The position numbers and the translations under genes were made by a program. A DNA stretch of 64,000 bases from Bacteroidales bacterium UBA5219 (GTDB taxonomy: Bacteria > Bacteroidota > Bacteroidia > Bacteroidales > ML635J-15), in assembly GCA_002412425.1 (NCBI GenBank), contig DHVB01000062.1, positions 1,815 through 65,814 on the forward strand. The letters run 5' to 3'. Positions 46,807 to 60,077 of the stretch are shown piece by piece. Below the pieces are notes generated by a model. It was not told the origin of the DNA. It did not search any database and saw only the letters and a list, made by a program, of their open reading frames with translations. The first letter of the stretch is position 1. Each line of letters opens with the position of its first letter.

Positions 46807-49800
46807 TTAAATTTCAGTTTCTTCAAATTTTTCTTCTTCAATACTTATTTCATCTTGATTTAAGTATTGTTCTGCAATCATCTTAGATGTAACTCTAATA
46901 TTTTCAAATTCTTTTTGTCCGGTTCCTCCAGGAATTTTATGTCCAACAATAACGTTTTCTTTCAATCCTTCAAGTTCGTCAACTTTTGCACGTATTGCTG
47001 CTTCGTTTAGAACTTTAGTTGTTTCTTGGAAAGAAGCTGCTGACATAAAGCTATTTGTTTGAAGAGCTGCTCTAGTAATTCCTTGTAACACTTGACTAGA
47101 AGTAGCTGGCAAAGCATCTCTAACTTCAACTAGTTTCATGTCTTTACGTTTTAATATTGAGTTTTCATCTCTCAACCTACGATAAGAAATCATTTGTCCT
47201 TTAGAGAAATTTGTAGAGTCTCCTGGGTCAACAACAATTTTCTTATCGAAAATAGCGTCATTTTCTTCTCTAAACTCCCATTTGTCAACTAGTTGTTTTT
47301 CAAGGAATTGAGTATCACCAGGTTCAACAACTTCAACTTTTCTCATCATTTGGCGTACAATCACTTCAAAGTGTTTGTCATTAATTTTCACACCTTGTAA
47401 ACGATATACGTCTTGGATTTCATTCACTAAATATTCTTGAACTTCGGTAGGACCTTTAATTGCTAAAATATCGCTAGGAGTAATTGCTCCATCGATAAGT
47501 GGTGTACCAGCTTTAACATAGTCGTTTGGTTGAACTAAAATTTGTTTTGAAAGAGGTACTAAATACTTATTAACCTTACCGTCTTTTGCGGTAATTTCAA
47601 TTTCTCTATTTCCTCTTTTAATTTTACCAAAAGATACTTCCCCGTCAATTTCTGAAACTACAGCAGGATTAGATGGATTTCTAGCCTCAAACAACTCTGT
47701 TACTCTAGGCAAACCACCGGTAATATCTCCACCTTTTCCGACAATTCTAGGCATTTTAATCAAGATATCTCCAGATTCAACTTTTTCGTTTTCTTCAATT
47801 TGCAAACGAGCACCTACAGGTAAATTATAAGTTGCTAATACTTCGTTATTTTTATCAACAATTTTGGCAACTGGAATTTTAGTTTTATCCTTAGTTTCGA
47901 TTATAATTTTTTCTGTTAAACCAGTTTGAATTATCAATTCATCTTTATAGTTGACACCTTCGATAACGTCTTCAAACACTAGTTTTCCCGAAACTTCACT
48001 AACAATAACGATATTATATAAGTCCCAATCACAGATTCTATCTCCCTTTTTAAAACTATTACCTTGCTTAAAGTACAATTTAGAACCATAAGGTATAGGT
48101 TTGTTTACTAAAGGTATTTTTGTATTTGGGTCTAAAATTTTCATTTCAGCCATACGAGTTACTACAATATCAACAAGAGAACCATCTTTTTCTTTATGTT
48201 CAACTGTTCTTAACTCATCAATTTCTAGGATACCGTCATATTTTGCGTCTATAAATGATTCTCCCGCAATTTTACCAGCAACCCCTCCCATGTGGAATGT
48301 ACGTAGAGTTAACTGAGTACCAGGCTCTCCGATAGATTGTGCTGCAATAACTCCTACAGCTTCTCCTTTTTGAACCATTCTGCGAGTTGCCAAATTACGT
48401 CCATAACATTTTGCACAAACTCCTTTTCGAGATTCACAAGTTAATACCGAACGAATTTCAACTTTTTCAATTGGAGATTCGTCAATAATTTTTGCAATTC
48501 TTTCAGTAATTTCTTCACCTGCAGCAACTATTAATTCTTCAGTTTGTGGATGGTAAATATCATGAACACTAGTACGACCTAAGATACGTTCATAAAGAGA
48601 TTCAATTACTTCTTCATCATTTTTCTTTAGTTCAACAGCTACCAATCCTCTTAATGTTCCACAATCTTCTTCGGTAATAATAACGTCTTGTGCAACGTCA
48701 ACTAATCTTCTTGTTAAATATCCCGCATCGGCAGTTTTTAAAGCTGTATCTGCAAGACCTTTACGAGCACCGTGAGTAGAAACGAAATATTCAATAATTG
48801 ACAAACCTTCTTTAAAGTTTGCTAAAATTGGGTTTTCAATAATTTCGCTAGTTGCAACACCTGATTTTTGTGGTTTTGCCATAAGTCCCCTCATTCCGCA
48901 CAATTGGCTAATTTGCTCTTTAGAACCTCTAGCTCCAGAGTCAAGCATCATATAAACTGCATTAAAGCCTTGGTCATCAGTAGAAAGCTTTTTCATAACA
49001 TCGATAGATAACCTAGCGTTTATATTAGTCCATACGTCAATTACTTGATTGTAGCGTTCAGTATCGGTAATAAAACCATTTTCATAGTTAAACATGATTT
49101 CATCAACCTCAGCATATCCTTCTTGAATTAATTCTTGTTTTGTTTCAGGAATAATAACGTCATTCAAATTAAACGACAATCCACCTTTAAACGCATGAGA
49201 ATATCCTAAGTCTTTTATATCATCTAGGAATCTTGAAGTTACGTCTGTTCCAAACCTTCCTACAAGGTTTCCAATAATATCGCGTAATGATTTTTTTGTA
49301 AGAATTTCATTAATATATCCGTATTCTTTAGGAACGATTTGGTTAAATAATACTCTACCTGTAGTAGTTTCTATCATTCTTGTAACCGCTTCTCCTTTTT
49401 CGTTTACATCGTCAACTCTTACTTTTATATTAGCATGAAGATCTAATTGTCCTTCGTTATTAGCGATAATAACTTCTTCAGGAGAATAATATGTATATCC
49501 TTCTCCTTTTACTCCTTTTCTACCTTTAGTTAGATAATACAAACCTAAAACCATGTCTTGAGAAGGAACAGTAATAGGAGCTCCATTAGCTGGATTTAGA
49601 ATATTATGAGAAGCCAACATTAAAACTTGTGCTTCAAGAATAGCTGCGTTACCGAGTGGTAAATGCACTGCCATTTGGTCACCGTCGAAGTCAGCATTAA
49701 ATGCTGTACAAACTAATGGGTGCAATTGAATTGCTTTTCCTTCGATAAGTTTTGGTTGAAATGCCTGAATACCTAAGCGGTGCAAAGTAGGAGCACGGTT

Positions 49801-51105
49801 TAACAAAACTGGATGACCTTTTAAAACGTTTTCAAGTATATCCCAAATAACTGGATCTTTTCTTTCAACAATTTTTTTAGCAGATTTAACAGTTTTTACT
49901 ATTCCGCGTTCAGTTAACTTACGAATAATAAAAGGTTTGTATAATTCTGCTGCCATTTCTTTAGGTAATCCACATTCGTGCATTTTTAAATCTGGACCAA
50001 CAACAATTACCGAACGAGCAGAAAAGTCAACGCGTTTACCTAATAAGTTTTGACGGAAACGACCTTGTTTTCCTTTTAAGCTATCACTAAGAGATTTTAA
50101 AGGTCTATTTGCTTTAGTTTTTACAGCATTTGATTTTCTTGAGTTATCAAAAAGAGAATCTACTGCTTCTTGTAACATACGTTTTTCGTTACGTAATATT
50201 ACTTCTGGAGCTTTAATTTCGATTAAACGTTTAAGCCTATTATTTCTGATAATAACTCTACGATACAAATCATTTAGGTCGGAAGTTGCAAAACGTCCAC
50301 CATCTAGTGGTACTAATGGTCTTAACTCTGGTGGAATAACTGGGATAACATTGATTATCATCCACTCAGGTTTATTTCTATCAGCAGAAAGTCTAAATGC
50401 TTCTACAACATTCAAACGTTTTAGCGCCTCGCTTTTTCTTTGTTGTGAAGTTTCATTACTTGCTTTATCTCTCAAAGAATATGACAATTGATCTAAATCA
50501 ATTCTTTTAAGCAAATCTTGGATAGCTTCAGCACCCATTTTTGCGATAAATTTATTTGGGTCTGTATCTTCTAAAAGTTGATTTTCGCGTGGCAGGCTAT
50601 CTAAAATTTCCAAATATTCATCTTCTGTTAAAAAGTCTAATTCTTGAATACCATCAATAGCTTTTACTCCTGGCTGCACAACGATATAACGTTCGTAATA
50701 AATTACAGAATCGAGTTTTTTACTTGGTAGTCCGAGCAAATAACCTATTTTGTTTGGCAAAGTCTTAAAGTACCAAATATGCGCTACTGGAACTTCAAGT
50801 TTAATATGTCCAATTCTTTCGCGTCTTACTTTTTTCTCGGTAACTTCAACACCACATCTATCACAAACTATTCCTTTGTATCTAATTCTTTTGTATTTAC
50901 CGCAATGACATTCATAATCTTTTACTGGACCAAATATTCTTTCGCAAAACAAACCATCTCTTTCTGGTTTATAAGTACGATAGTTTACAGTTTCTGGTTT
51001 AGTTACTTCGCCACTAGACATCTCCTGAATTTCTTCAGAAGAAGCAAGACTAATAGTAATTTTTGAAAATTTTGTTTTTATTTTTTTATCTTTTCTAAAA
51101 GCCAT
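46807..51105 (-). CDS. rpoC: DNA-directed RNA polymerase beta' subunit
   Basis: 1432 aa. Zinc-binding [23 protein letters not shown] and catalytic [12 protein letters not shown]. Confidence 0.98.
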   Translation of the reverse strand: MAFRKDKKIKTKFSKITISLASSEEIQEMSSGEVTKPETVNYRTYKPERDGLFCERIFGPVKDYECHCGKYKRIRYKGIVCDRCGVEVTEKKVRRERIGHIKLEVPVAHIWYFKTLPNKIGYLLGLPSKKLDSVIYYERYIVVQPGVKAIDGIQELDFLTEDEYLEILDSLPRENQLLEDTDPNKFIAKMGAEAIQDLLKRIDLDQLSYSLRDKASNETSQQRKSEALKRLNVVEAFRLSADRNKPEWMIINVIPVIPPELRPLVPLDGGRFATSDLNDLYRRVIIRNNRLKRLIEIKAPEVILRNEKRMLQEAVDSLFDNSRKSNAVKTKANRPLKSLSDSLKGKQGRFRQNLLGKRVDFSARSVIVVGPDLKMHECGLPKEMAAELYKPFIIRKLTERGIVKTVKSAKKIVERKDPVIWDILENVLKGHPVLLNRAPTLHRLGIQAFQPKLIEGKAIQLHPLVCTAFNADFDGDQMAVHLPLGNAAILEAQVLMLASHNILNPANGAPITVPSQDMVLGLYYLTKGRKGVKGEGYTYYSPEEVIIANNEGQLDLHANIKVRVDDVNEKGEAVTRMIETTTGRVLFNQIVPKEYGYINEILTKKSLRDIIGNLVGRFGTDVTSRFLDDIKDLGYSHAFKGGLSFNLNDVIIPETKQELIQEGYAEVDEIMFNYENGFITDTERYNQVIDVWTNINARLSIDVMKKLSTDDQGFNAVYMMLDSGARGSKEQISQLCGMRGLMAKPQKSGVATSEIIENPILANFKEGLSIIEYFVSTHGARKGLADTALKTADAGYLTRRLVDVAQDVIITEEDCGTLRGLVAVELKKNDEEVIESLYERILGRTSVHDIYHPQTEELIVAAGEEITERIAKIIDESPIEKVEIRSVLTCESRKGVCAKCYGRNLATRRMVQKGEAVGVIAAQSIGEPGTQLTLRTFHMGGVAGKIAGESFIDAKYDGILEIDELRTVEHKEKDGSLVDIVVTRMAEMKILDPNTKIPLVNKPIPYGSKLYFKQGNSFKKGDRICDWDLYNIVIVSEVSGKLVFEDVIEGVNYKDELIIQTGLTEKIIIETKDKTKIPVAKIVDKNNEVLATYNLPVGARLQIEENEKVESGDILIKMPRIVGKGGDITGGLPRVTELFEARNPSNPAVVSEIDGEVSFGKIKRGNREIEITAKDGKVNKYLVPLSKQILVQPNDYVKAGTPLIDGAITPSDILAIKGPTEVQEYLVNEIQDVYRLQGVKINDKHFEVIVRQMMRKVEVVEPGDTQFLEKQLVDKWEFREENDAIFDKKIVVDPGDSTNFSKGQMISYRRLRDENSILKRKDMKLVEVRDALPATSSQVLQGITRAALQTNSFMSAASFQETTKVLNEAAIRAKVDELEGLKENVIVGHKIPGGTGQKEFENIRVTSKMIAEQYLNQDEISIEEEKFEETEI

Positions 51106-51131
51106 ATTTTTATCAGCTATTAAATTATTTT

Positions 51132-54100
51132 TTAATCAAGATCTACTCTCAAACACAAACCTCTTAACTCATGTACCAACACATTTAGAGATTCTGGGAT
51201 TCCTGGTTCTGGCATTTGTTCGCCTTTAACTATTGCTTCATAAGTTTTTGCACGACCAACCACATCATCAGACTTAACAGTTAGAATTTCTTGAAGTATA
51301 TTAGCAGCACCAAATGCTTCGAGTGCCCAAACCTCCATTTCTCCAAAACGTTGACCTCCAAATTGTGCTTTACCACCAAGAGGTTGTTGTGTAATTAATG
51401 AATAAGGACCAATAGAACGCGCGTGCATTTTATCTTCAACCATGTGTCTTAATTTTAACATATAAATTACTCCAACCGTTGCTGGCTGGTCAAATCTATC
51501 GCCTGTTCCACCGTCATACAAATAAGTGCTTCCGTACTCTGGTAAACCAGCTTTTTTAGTATATTCATTAATTTGGTCTATATTAGCACCATCAAAAATT
51601 GGAGTTGAAAATCTACAACCCAAAACACTACCTGCCCAACCTAAAATTGTTTCATAAATTTGTCCTAAGTTCATACGAGAAGGCACGCCCAAAGGATTCA
51701 AAACAATATCAACAGGTGTACCATCTTCTAAGAAAGGCATATCTTCTTGACGTACAATTTTTGCCAAGATACCTTTATTACCATGACGACCAGCAAATTT
51801 ATCACCAACTTTAACAACCCATTTACTTGCAATATAAACTTTTGCCAATTGAATTATTCCAGCAGGAAGTTCGTCTCCAATAGTAATTTCGAGTTTTTTA
51901 CGACGATTATCACCATCTATTTTCTTTTGTTCAACCATATAATTAAACAAAAGTTTTGAAATAGTTTCGTTTCTATTTTTGTCGGTTGTCCAACGTCCAG
52001 GACTTACATTAATAAAATCTAATTCTGCTAATAATTTTTGAGTAAATTTTGTTCCTTTTGGAATTAAATCATTGTTAAAATTATCTTTAACACCTTGTGA
52101 TGTTTTTCCATTCACAAGAGTGAAAAGTTTTTCAATCAATATACTTTTTAGAGCAGCAGATTCTTCTGCATGTTTTTTATCAAGATTTTCAACTAAAATT
52201 TTATCTTGATTTCTAAGTTTACGATCTTTAATTGTTTTTGAGAACAATTTTTTATCAATCACAACTCCACTAGTTGATGGCGAAGCTTTTAATGAAGCAT
52301 CTTTTACATCACCAGCTTTTTCACCAAAAATAGCTCTCAAAAGTTTTTCTTCTGGAGAAGGATCAGATTCTCCTTTTGGAGTAATTTTACCTATAATTAC
52401 ATCTCCAGGTTTCACATATGCACCTACCCTAATAATTCCATTCTCATCTAAATCTTTAGTTGCAGTTTCGCTTACATTAGGAATATCTGAAGTTAATTCT
52501 TCTAGTCCTCGTTTTGTTTCGCGTACTTCTAATTGATAATCTGCAATATGGATAGATGTAAAATAATCTTCTTTAACTATATTTTCATTTAATACAATAG
52601 CGTCTTCAAAGTTGTAACCTTTCCAAGGCATAAAAGCAACTTTAAGATTACGTCCCAAAGCTAATTCTCCTTTTTCTGTTCCATAACCTTCGGTTAATAA
52701 ATCGCCTTTTTTAACTTTATCGCCTTTTTTAACAAGTGGACGTAGGTTTACACAAGTATTTTGGTTAGTTTTTTGAAATTTTGGAATATTATAAGTAACA
52801 AAATTATCTGTAAAACTTATAAATTCTTCTTCTTCGGTTCTATCGTACTTAACTATAATTTTTTCTGCGTCCACATATTCAACCACACCGTTATTTTCAG
52901 CAGTAATTAAAATTCGTGAATCGCGAGCAACCATTTCTTCTATACCTGTTCCTACAATTGGAGCTTCTGCTCTTAACAAAGGCACAGCTTGACGCATCAT
53001 GTTAGATCCCATTAAAGCACGGTTAGCATCGTCATGCTCTAAAAATGGAATTAAAGAAGCTGCTATTGACGCTATTTGATTTGGTGCAACGTCCATTAAC
53101 TCAATTTGTTGAGGATCTGTTACTACAAAATCACCTTCATCTCTTGATTTTACTCTTGATGACAAGAAGTTTCCGTCATCATCAATCAGAGCATTAGCTT
53201 GAGCAATAACTTTTTCTTCTTCTTCTGCACTTAAATAAACTATATCATCGAAATATACTTTTCCATCAACAACTTTTCGATAAGGAGTTTCAATAAATCC
53301 GAGTTTATTTATTTTTGCATAAACACAAAGTGAAGAAATCAAACCAATATTTGGACCTTCTGGAGTTTCGATAGGACACAAACGTCCATAGTGAGTATAG
53401 TGAACGTCTCTAACCTCAAAACCGGCTCTTTCGCGAGAAAGTCCACCTGGACCTAATGCTGAAAGTCGTCTTTTATGAGTAATTTCTGCTAATGGATTTA
53501 TTTGATCCATAAATTGAGACAATTGATTTGTCCCAAAAAATGAATTTATTACAGACGATAATGTTTTTGAGTTGATAAGATCAATTGGATGGAAAATCTC
53601 ATTGTCTCTAACATTCATTCTTTCGCGAATAGTACGAGCCATACGAGCTAAACCAACACCAAATTGATTGGCTAATTGTTCTCCAACTGTTCTTACTCTA
53701 CGGTTACTTAAGTGGTCGATATCATCAACATCTGCCTTTGAGTTTACTAACTCAATTAAATATTTTATTATTTCAATTATATCTTCTTTAGTAAGAATGC
53801 GGATTTCGTCAGGAATATTCAAGTTTAATTTCTTGTTCATTCTAAAACGACCAACATCTCCTAAGTCGTAACGTTTGTCGGAAAAGAATAATTTATCAAT
53901 AACATCACGTGCAGTAGCTTCGTCTGGTGGTTCGCTACTACGTAACTGACGATAAATACTTACAACAGCTTCTTTTTCCGAGTTACATGGGTCTTTTTGT
54001 AAAGTGTTGTAAATTATTGCATAATCAGAAACTTTTTGATTTTCTTTATGTAAAAGAATAGTTTTAGTTCCTGATTCTAAAATCAAATCTATATGCTGTG

Positions 54101-54932
54101 GTTCTAGGACTATTTCTCTATCAATAACAACTTCGTTACGTTCTATTGATACTACTTCAGCTGTATCTTCATCAACGAAATCTTCTATCCACGTTTTTAA
54201 AACTCTTGCTACTAATCTTCGACCGACAACTCTTTTAAGAGCAGTTTTAGACACTTTTATTTCATCGGCTAAGTCAAAAATTTCTAAAATATCTTTATCA
54301 CTTTCAAAACCGATAGCTCGAAGTAAAGTTGTAACAGGTAATTTCTTTTTTCTATCAATATATGCGTACATTACACTATTGATATCTGTTGCAAACTCAA
54401 TCCAAGAACCTTTAAATGGGATAATACGAGCTGAATATAATTTAGTTCCATTAGTATGAATAGATTGACTAAAGAATACGCCTGGCGACCTATGTAGTTG
54501 CGAAACGATTACTCTTTCTGCTCCATTTATCACAAAAGTTCCACTTGGTGTCATGTATGGCACTGCACCTAGCCAAACATCTTGAACCGAAGTTTCAAAA
54601 TCTTCATGTTCTGTATCAGTACAATACAGTTTTAGCTTTGCTTTTAAAGGCACGCTATAAGTTAATCCACGTTCAACACATTCTTGTATGCTGTATCGTG
54701 GTGCATCTAAAGTATAATCTAAAAATTCTAATACAAAATTATTTCTAGTATCGTTTATTGGAAAATTATCCATAAACACTTGATACAAACCTTCAGATTT
54801 TCTTTGTTCTGCGGTGGAGTTTAGTTGAAAAAACTCCTCAAATGACTTTATTTGTATTTCTAAAAAATCAGGATACTCTAACTGATTTTTTGTTGTAGAA
54901 AAATTAATTCTTTGTTTCTTATTACTAATCAT
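51132..54932 (-). CDS. rpoB: DNA-directed RNA polymerase beta subunit
   Basis: 1266 aa with conserved beta motifs ([21 protein letters not shown]). Confidence 0.98.
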   Translation of the reverse strand: MISNKKQRINFSTTKNQLEYPDFLEIQIKSFEEFFQLNSTAEQRKSEGLYQVFMDNFPINDTRNNFVLEFLDYTLDAPRYSIQECVERGLTYSVPLKAKLKLYCTDTEHEDFETSVQDVWLGAVPYMTPSGTFVINGAERVIVSQLHRSPGVFFSQSIHTNGTKLYSARIIPFKGSWIEFATDINSVMYAYIDRKKKLPVTTLLRAIGFESDKDILEIFDLADEIKVSKTALKRVVGRRLVARVLKTWIEDFVDEDTAEVVSIERNEVVIDREIVLEPQHIDLILESGTKTILLHKENQKVSDYAIIYNTLQKDPCNSEKEAVVSIYRQLRSSEPPDEATARDVIDKLFFSDKRYDLGDVGRFRMNKKLNLNIPDEIRILTKEDIIEIIKYLIELVNSKADVDDIDHLSNRRVRTVGEQLANQFGVGLARMARTIRERMNVRDNEIFHPIDLINSKTLSSVINSFFGTNQLSQFMDQINPLAEITHKRRLSALGPGGLSRERAGFEVRDVHYTHYGRLCPIETPEGPNIGLISSLCVYAKINKLGFIETPYRKVVDGKVYFDDIVYLSAEEEEKVIAQANALIDDDGNFLSSRVKSRDEGDFVVTDPQQIELMDVAPNQIASIAASLIPFLEHDDANRALMGSNMMRQAVPLLRAEAPIVGTGIEEMVARDSRILITAENNGVVEYVDAEKIIVKYDRTEEEEFISFTDNFVTYNIPKFQKTNQNTCVNLRPLVKKGDKVKKGDLLTEGYGTEKGELALGRNLKVAFMPWKGYNFEDAIVLNENIVKEDYFTSIHIADYQLEVRETKRGLEELTSDIPNVSETATKDLDENGIIRVGAYVKPGDVIIGKITPKGESDPSPEEKLLRAIFGEKAGDVKDASLKASPSTSGVVIDKKLFSKTIKDRKLRNQDKILVENLDKKHAEESAALKSILIEKLFTLVNGKTSQGVKDNFNNDLIPKGTKFTQKLLAELDFINVSPGRWTTDKNRNETISKLLFNYMVEQKKIDGDNRRKKLEITIGDELPAGIIQLAKVYIASKWVVKVGDKFAGRHGNKGILAKIVRQEDMPFLEDGTPVDIVLNPLGVPSRMNLGQIYETILGWAGSVLGCRFSTPIFDGANIDQINEYTKKAGLPEYGSTYLYDGGTGDRFDQPATVGVIYMLKLRHMVEDKMHARSIGPYSLITQQPLGGKAQFGGQRFGEMEVWALEAFGAANILQEILTVKSDDVVGRAKTYEAIVKGEQMPEPGIPESLNVLVHELRGLCLRVDLD

Positions 54933-54974
54933 TGTTTTTTATTATTTAAAAGAACCTAAACATTAACAACGAAA

Positions 54975-55002
54975 GGTTTAAAGCCCTTTTGGGCTTTAAA
55001 CC
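54975..55002 (-). terminator. Strong hairpin between rplL and rpoB (attenuator/partial terminator)
   Basis: 12-bp perfect stem GGTTTAAAGCCC (54975-54986) / GGGCTTTAAACC (54991-55002) with a 4-nt loop. On the minus strand it is followed by TTTC. Confidence 0.7.
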
Positions 55003-55027
55003 TATAATTTAATACAACAAAAGTTGT

Positions 55028-55408
55028 TTATTTAAGTTCGACTTCTGCACCAGCCTCTTCTAATTGAGTTTTAAGTGCATTTGCCTCGTCTTTTGGAACT
55101 CCTTCTTTAATTGGTTTTGGAGCTTCATCAACAAGGGCTTTAGCTTCTTTAAGACCTAGTCCTGTTAATTCTTTTACTAATTTAACAATTTGTAATTTTT
55201 GAGCGCCTGCGCTTTTCAAAATAACGTCAAACTCTGTTTTTTCAGCTTCAGCAACTTCACCAGCGCCACCTGCAACTGGTCCTGCTACTGCAACTGCTGC
55301 AGCTGCTGGCTCAATACCATATTCTTCTTTTAGGATGTTTGCTAATTCATTTACATCCTTAACAGTAAGGTTAACTAATTCTTCTGCTAACTTCTTAAGA
55401 TCTGCCAT
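55028..55408 (-). CDS. rplL: 50S ribosomal protein L7/L12
   Basis: Ala-rich hinge and a C-terminal [20 protein letters not shown] motif. Confidence 0.96.
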   Translation of the reverse strand: MADLKKLAEELVNLTVKDVNELANILKEEYGIEPAAAAVAVAGPVAGGAGEVAEAEKTEFDVILKSAGAQKLQIVKLVKELTGLGLKEAKALVDEAPKPIKEGVPKDEANALKTQLEEAGAEVELK

Positions 55409-55444
55409 TTTAATTTGTTTTTAATTTGTTTTAAACTAAATTTT

Positions 55445-55963
55445 CTATTCTCTTTCTGATAAGGTTTTTACTAAACCTCCTAATAAATTTTTACCTGATT
55501 CAAGTTGTCCAAGAACTGTTTTTATTGGTGATTGTAACAATAAAATAATATCTCCAATAAGTTCTTCTTTAGATTTAAGACTTGCTAAAGCGCTTAACTG
55601 GTCTGCACCAATATAAAACGATTCTTCAGCATAAGCTCCTTTGAAAAGCGGTTTATCACTTTTTTTATTAAGTTCTTGAATTAATTTACCAGGAACATTT
55701 GCAACATTAGTAAACATTACTGTAGTGTTTTCTTTTAAAACACCATATAGTTCCTGAAAATCACGACCGCTTCGTTCTAAAGCTTGCTTAAAAAAAGTAT
55801 TCTTAACAACAATCAGTTCTATGCCTTTTTCGAAACATTTTTTTCTTAATTCAAAAGTATCTGCCGCATTTAACCCCGAAATATCTGTTAGATAAAAGTG
55901 GTTATATTCGTTGATAGTATCTTTCAAACTTTCGATAAGTGCATTTTTATCTTCTCGTTTCAT
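55445..55963 (-). CDS. rplJ: 50S ribosomal protein L10
   Basis: The start is placed at MKREDKNALIE (fourth codon of the listed ORF). Sits between rplA and rplL. Confidence 0.9.
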   Translation of the reverse strand: MKREDKNALIESLKDTINEYNHFYLTDISGLNAADTFELRKKCFEKGIELIVVKNTFFKQALERSGRDFQELYGVLKENTTVMFTNVANVPGKLIQELNKKSDKPLFKGAYAEESFYIGADQLSALASLKSKEELIGDIILLLQSPIKTVLGQLESGKNLLGGLVKTLSERE

Positions 55964-55983
55964 AACTGGCAATTTGTTAATTA

Positions 55984-56676
55984 CTAATTAATTGACTTAA
56001 GATTGATTTCAATACCTGGACTCATTGTGCTAGACAAGTAGATACTTCTTACATAAGTTCCTTTTGCTGCTGTTGGTTTAAGTTTTATAATTGTCTGAAT
56101 TATTTCAGTTGCGTTATCAACTATTTTTTCAGGACTAAATGAAACTTTACCAATACCTGCATGGATTATACCGTATTTATCCACTTTAAAATCAATCTTT
56201 CCTTTTTTCACATCTTCAACTGCTTTGCCGATCTCCATAGTTACTGTACCAGCTTTTGGGTTTGGCATTAAACCTCTAGGGCCTAAGATTCTACCTAGTT
56301 TTCCTAGTTTTGCCATTACCTGAGGCATAGTAATTATAATATCGATATCTGTCCAGCCTCCTGAAAGTTGTTCAATATAATTATCTAATCCAACATAATC
56401 AGCACCAGCATCTTTTGCTTCTTGCTCTTTATCTGGAGTACATAATACCAAAACTCGAACTTCTTTACCAGTTCCGTGAGGTAATGTTGTAATTCCTCTA
56501 ACCATTTGATTGGCTTTACGAGGGTCAACACCTAAACGAACATCAATATCAACAGAAGCATCAAACTTTGTAAAAGTAATCTCTTTTACAAGTTTTGCAG
56601 CCTCTTGAAGATCGTACTTCTTTCCTTTTTCAAGTTTAGCTAAAGCGTTTTTTCTATTTTTGCTAATTTTTGCCAT
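55984..56676 (-). CDS. rplA: 50S ribosomal protein L1
   Basis: Typical L1 sequence ([24 protein letters not shown]). 230 aa. Confidence 0.96.
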   Translation of the reverse strand: MAKISKNRKNALAKLEKGKKYDLQEAAKLVKEITFTKFDASVDIDVRLGVDPRKANQMVRGITTLPHGTGKEVRVLVLCTPDKEQEAKDAGADYVGLDNYIEQLSGGWTDIDIIITMPQVMAKLGKLGRILGPRGLMPNPKAGTVTMEIGKAVEDVKKGKIDFKVDKYGIIHAGIGKVSFSPEKIVDNATEIIQTIIKLKPTAAKGTYVRSIYLSSTMSPGIEINLKSIN

Positions 56677-56693
56677 TTCAAAAAGTACTTTAA

Positions 56694-57137
56694 TTATTTT
56701 TTAATTGGTGATTGTCCTTTTACAGAAATCCCCATACTTCTAGCTGTGCCTGCAACCATACTCATTGCTGAATCTAATGTGAAAGCATTTAAGTCAACCA
56801 TTTTAGCTTCTGCAATAGCTTTAACTTGATCCCAAGTTACTGAACCAACTTTATTTCTATTTGGTTCTGCAGAGCCTTTGTTAACTTTTGATTGCTCTAA
56901 CAATTGAATCGCAACCGGTGGAGTCTTTACGATAAAATCAAAAGATTTATCACTATAATAAGTGATAATCACAGGTAAAACTTTACCTACTTGATCTTGG
57001 GTTCTACCATTAAATTGTTTGCAGAACTCCATGATATTTAAACCTTTTGATCCTAAAGCAGGACCCAAGGGTGGAGATGGATTTGCGGCACCACCTTTAA
57101 CTTGTAGTTTAATAAAACCACTAATTTGTTTTGCCAT
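56694..57137 (-). CDS. rplK: 50S ribosomal protein L11
   Basis: [20 protein letters not shown] is the canonical L11 N-terminus. Confidence 0.96.
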   Translation of the reverse strand: MAKQISGFIKLQVKGGAANPSPPLGPALGSKGLNIMEFCKQFNGRTQDQVGKVLPVIITYYSDKSFDFIVKTPPVAIQLLEQSKVNKGSAEPNRNKVGSVTWDQVKAIAEAKMVDLNAFTLDSAMSMVAGTARSMGISVKGQSPIKK

Positions 57138-57160
57138 AAACTTTTTTTCTTAATAAAAGA

Positions 57161-57715
57161 TTACTCTTTTTCAACTTGTATGAATCGAAGTTCTAGTGGA
57201 GTTCTACGACCAAAAATCTTAACCATTACTTTCACTTTTTTCTTCTCATCATACACTTCTTCTATCACACCACTAAAACCGCTAAATGGACCATCGATAA
57301 CCTTTACTGGTTCTCCAACATAAAAGAGCATATTTACCTCTTCATCACTCTCAGCTAGCTCGTCAACTTTTCCAAGTATTCTAGCTACCTCATCATTTCG
57401 CAAAGGTATTGCGTGTCCATCTTGGGTTTTTAAAAAACCAATTACTCCGCTTACATTTTTTATACTGTGCTCTATTTCACCGTCTAAAGCAGCATGTATC
57501 AAAATATAACCTGGAAAAAAATTTCTTTCCTTTGTAATAGGTTTTCCATTTCTGACCTGATAAACTTTTTCTGTCGGTATAAGAACCTGAGAAACTTGAT
57601 CTTGTAGTCCAAGCCTAGCAATCTCTGCTTCAAGGTATTCTTTTACCTTTTTCTCTTTTCCGCTAAGAGCTCTAACAACATACCATTTTTTTTCAATCTC
57701 TGACATATCCGACAA
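57161..57715 (-). CDS. nusG: Transcription termination/antitermination factor NusG
   Basis: KKWYVVRALSGKEKKV NGN domain and a C-terminal KOW domain (GEPVKVIDGPF). Sits between secE and rplK. Confidence 0.95.
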   Translation of the reverse strand: MSDMSEIEKKWYVVRALSGKEKKVKEYLEAEIARLGLQDQVSQVLIPTEKVYQVRNGKPITKERNFFPGYILIHAALDGEIEHSIKNVSGVIGFLKTQDGHAIPLRNDEVARILGKVDELAESDEEVNMLFYVGEPVKVIDGPFSGFSGVIEEVYDEKKKVKVMVKIFGRRTPLELRFIQVEKE

Positions 57716-57723
57716 AATTAGGT

Positions 57724-57918
57724 TTAATAAAATATGCCGTAAATAACTTCGAGAAGATTTTTAAAACTATAATCCATCACGAAGATAATTAGGGCAAATA
57801 TTAAGGAAGCAACCATAACCACAACTGCACTGCCCTGAAGTTCTGACCATTTGGGCCAAGTAACTTTATGAACTAGTTCGTTGTAAGTATCTTTGAAATA
57901 TTCTTTAATTTTTCTCAT
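57724..57918 (-). CDS. secE: Preprotein translocase subunit SecE
   Basis: 64 aa. ELVHKVTWPKWSEL followed by a single TM. Conserved position. Confidence 0.9.
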   Translation of the reverse strand: MRKIKEYFKDTYNELVHKVTWPKWSELQGSAVVVMVASLIFALIIFVMDYSFKNLLEVIYGIFY

Positions 57919-57934
57919 CTTAATATCTCGTTTG

Positions 57935-58007
57935 CACGGGAGGAGCGACTCGAACGCCCGACACCTAGTTTTGGAGACTAGTGCTCTACCAACTGAGCTA
58001 CACCCGT
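57935..58007 (-). tRNA. trnW: tRNA-Trp (anticodon CCA)
   Basis: Hand-folded cloverleaf with anticodon loop CTCCAAA, A1-U72, discriminator G and T-loop TTCGAGT. Acceptor position 6:67 is a U-U mismatch. CCA is not encoded. Confidence 0.9.
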
Positions 58008-58057
58008 AGAAAGAAGAAGCAAGGAAAACCTCGCTTCATCTATCATATTGGTTTTAA

Positions 58058-59245
58058 TTATTCAATAATTTCAGTAATTTGTCCTGCTCCAACTGTTCTA
58101 CCACCTTCACGGATAGCAAAACGAAGACCTACGTTACAAGCTACTGGGTAAATTAATTCAACTTCAATTGAAACATTATCACCAGGCATAACCATTTGAA
58201 CGCCTTCTGGTAAATGAATTTCACCAGTAATATCTAATGTTCTCAAGAAGAATTGTGGACGATATTTATCGTGGAAAGGAGTGTGACGACCACCTTCTTC
58301 TTTTTTCAAGATATAAACTTCAGCTTTAAATCTTGTATGTGGTTTAATTGTTCCTGGTTGTGCAATTACTTGACCTCTTTTAACTTCGTCTTTATCAACA
58401 CCACGAAGTAATAGACCAACGTTATCACCAGCTTCGCCTCTGTCTAATATTTTACGGAACATTTCAACTCCTGTAACAACAGTTTTGCGAGCTTCTTCAC
58501 CTAAACCGATAATATGAACTTCGTTACCTGTATTGATAACGCCAGTTTCGATACGACCAGTAGCAACTGTACCACGACCTGTAATAGAGAATACGTCTTC
58601 AACAGGCATTAAGAATGGTTTTTCGTTATCACGTGGAGGAATTGGAATCCAAGTATCAACAGCTTCCATTAATTCCATAACTTTGTCTTCCCATTGTGGT
58701 TCACCATTTAATGCACCTAATGCAGAACCTCTAATAACTGGACAATCATCACCTTCAAAACCGTAGAAATTCAATAAATCACGAACTTCCATTTCAACTA
58801 ATTCTAAAAGTTCTTCGTCATCAACTAAGTCAACTTTGTTCAAGAATACTACAATTCTTGGAACGTTTACCTGACGAGCTAAAAGGATATGCTCACGAGT
58901 TTGAGGCATAGGTCCATCAGTTGCAGCAACAACTATAATAGCTCCGTCCATTTGAGCAGCACCTGTAACCATGTTTTTAACGTAGTCAGCGTGACCAGGA
59001 CAGTCAACGTGTGCATAGTGACGTGATACAGTTTGGTATTCAACATGTGAAGTATTAATAGTAATACCTCTTTCTTTTTCTTCTGGAGCATTGTCAATAG
59101 AATCAAAGCTCTTTACAGCCGACAAACCTTTTTTTCCTAAAACTGTTGTAATAGCAGCAGTTAAGGTGGTTTTACCATGGTCAACGTGACCAATTGTACC
59201 AATATTTACGTGCGGTTTCGACCTATCAAATTTTTCTTTAGCCAT
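58058..59245 (-). CDS. tuf: Translation elongation factor Tu
   Basis: [18 protein letters not shown] and NKVD GTPase motifs. 395 aa. Confidence 0.98.
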   Translation of the reverse strand: MAKEKFDRSKPHVNIGTIGHVDHGKTTLTAAITTVLGKKGLSAVKSFDSIDNAPEEKERGITINTSHVEYQTVSRHYAHVDCPGHADYVKNMVTGAAQMDGAIIVVAATDGPMPQTREHILLARQVNVPRIVVFLNKVDLVDDEELLELVEMEVRDLLNFYGFEGDDCPVIRGSALGALNGEPQWEDKVMELMEAVDTWIPIPPRDNEKPFLMPVEDVFSITGRGTVATGRIETGVINTGNEVHIIGLGEEARKTVVTGVEMFRKILDRGEAGDNVGLLLRGVDKDEVKRGQVIAQPGTIKPHTRFKAEVYILKKEEGGRHTPFHDKYRPQFFLRTLDITGEIHLPEGVQMVMPGDNVSIEVELIYPVACNVGLRFAIREGGRTVGAGQITEIIE

Positions 59246-59306
59246 GGCTTAAAAATATTAAATATTAATAATTAAACTTTTTTTAATTTATACTTACAAA
59301 AAATTG

Positions 59307-59378
<72 letters not shown>

Positions 59379-59384
59379 ACCTTC

Positions 59385-59458
<74 letters not shown>

Positions 59459-59472
59459 AACCTAAGTGTTAG

Positions 59473-59555
59473 TGGGGGGAGAAGGATTCGAACCTCCGAA
59501 GTCGTTCGACAACAGATTTACAGTCTGCCCCAGTTGGCCACTTTGGTATCCCCCC
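59473..59555 (-). tRNA. trnY: tRNA-Tyr (anticodon GTA), long variable arm
   Basis: Acceptor GGGGGGA/TCCCCCC, anticodon loop CTGTAAA, extended variable arm. 83 nt. Confidence 0.9.
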
Positions 59556-59567
59556 AAGAAATCTTGG

Positions 59568-59640
59568 AGCCGATGAACGGACTCGAACCGCCGACCGGCT
59601 GATTACAAATCAGCTGCTCTACCAACTGAGCTACATCGGC
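59568..59640 (-). tRNA. trnT: tRNA-Thr (anticodon TGT)
   Basis: Acceptor GCCGATG/CATCGGC, anticodon stem-loop GCTGA-TTTGTAA-TCAGC. 3' CCA is encoded at 59565-59567. Confidence 0.9.
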
Positions 59641-59694
59641 CAAAATATAAATTAATTCATACTTTTTAAAGAACATCTTTTTACTTACGAAAAA

Positions 59695-59708
59695 GGTCTG
59701 CAAATTTA
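59695..59708 (-). promoter_or_regulatory. -7 promoter box plus extension TAAATTTGCAGACC upstream of the tRNA-tuf cluster
   Basis: TAnnTTTG match on the minus strand, 60 nt upstream of the first tRNA 5' end (59640). It shares the TTTGCAGwCC extension with the rplM and rpsU boxes. Confidence 0.45.
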
Positions 59709-59762
59709 TGAATTATTTATTTCTTTCCAAAATTTTTTAATTATTTTTTTAATTATTTTTAA

Positions 59763-60059
59763 TTATCTTAATTTTTCTTTATACTTTTTCAACTGGCGAC
59801 GTAACGCAACCGTTGCTAAATCTACAGATTCTTCAAAAGTACTTTTTTGACGTTTTGCAAAAATATCTTTAGCATATGGGACATTTATTTTGATTTCTGC
59901 CACTTTATTGTCCTTTGTTTCCGAATTTTCTAAGCGTAAAACGACTTCTGCATCGATAATATTGTCTGCAACTTGACTTAATTTGCCAACTTTGTTCTCA
60001 ATATAAGCGATTAATTTTTTATCCGCATCAAAACGAACTGATTGAATTTTAATATCCAT
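59763..60059 (-). CDS. hpf: Ribosome hibernation promoting factor (HPF/RaiA family)
   Basis: 98 aa. MDIKIQSVRFDADKKLIAYIENKVGKL is typical of short HPF. Confidence 0.88.
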   Translation of the reverse strand: MDIKIQSVRFDADKKLIAYIENKVGKLSQVADNIIDAEVVLRLENSETKDNKVAEIKINVPYAKDIFAKRQKSTFEESVDLATVALRRQLKKYKEKLR

Positions 60060-60077
60060 ATTGTAGTCCTTTCTTTT

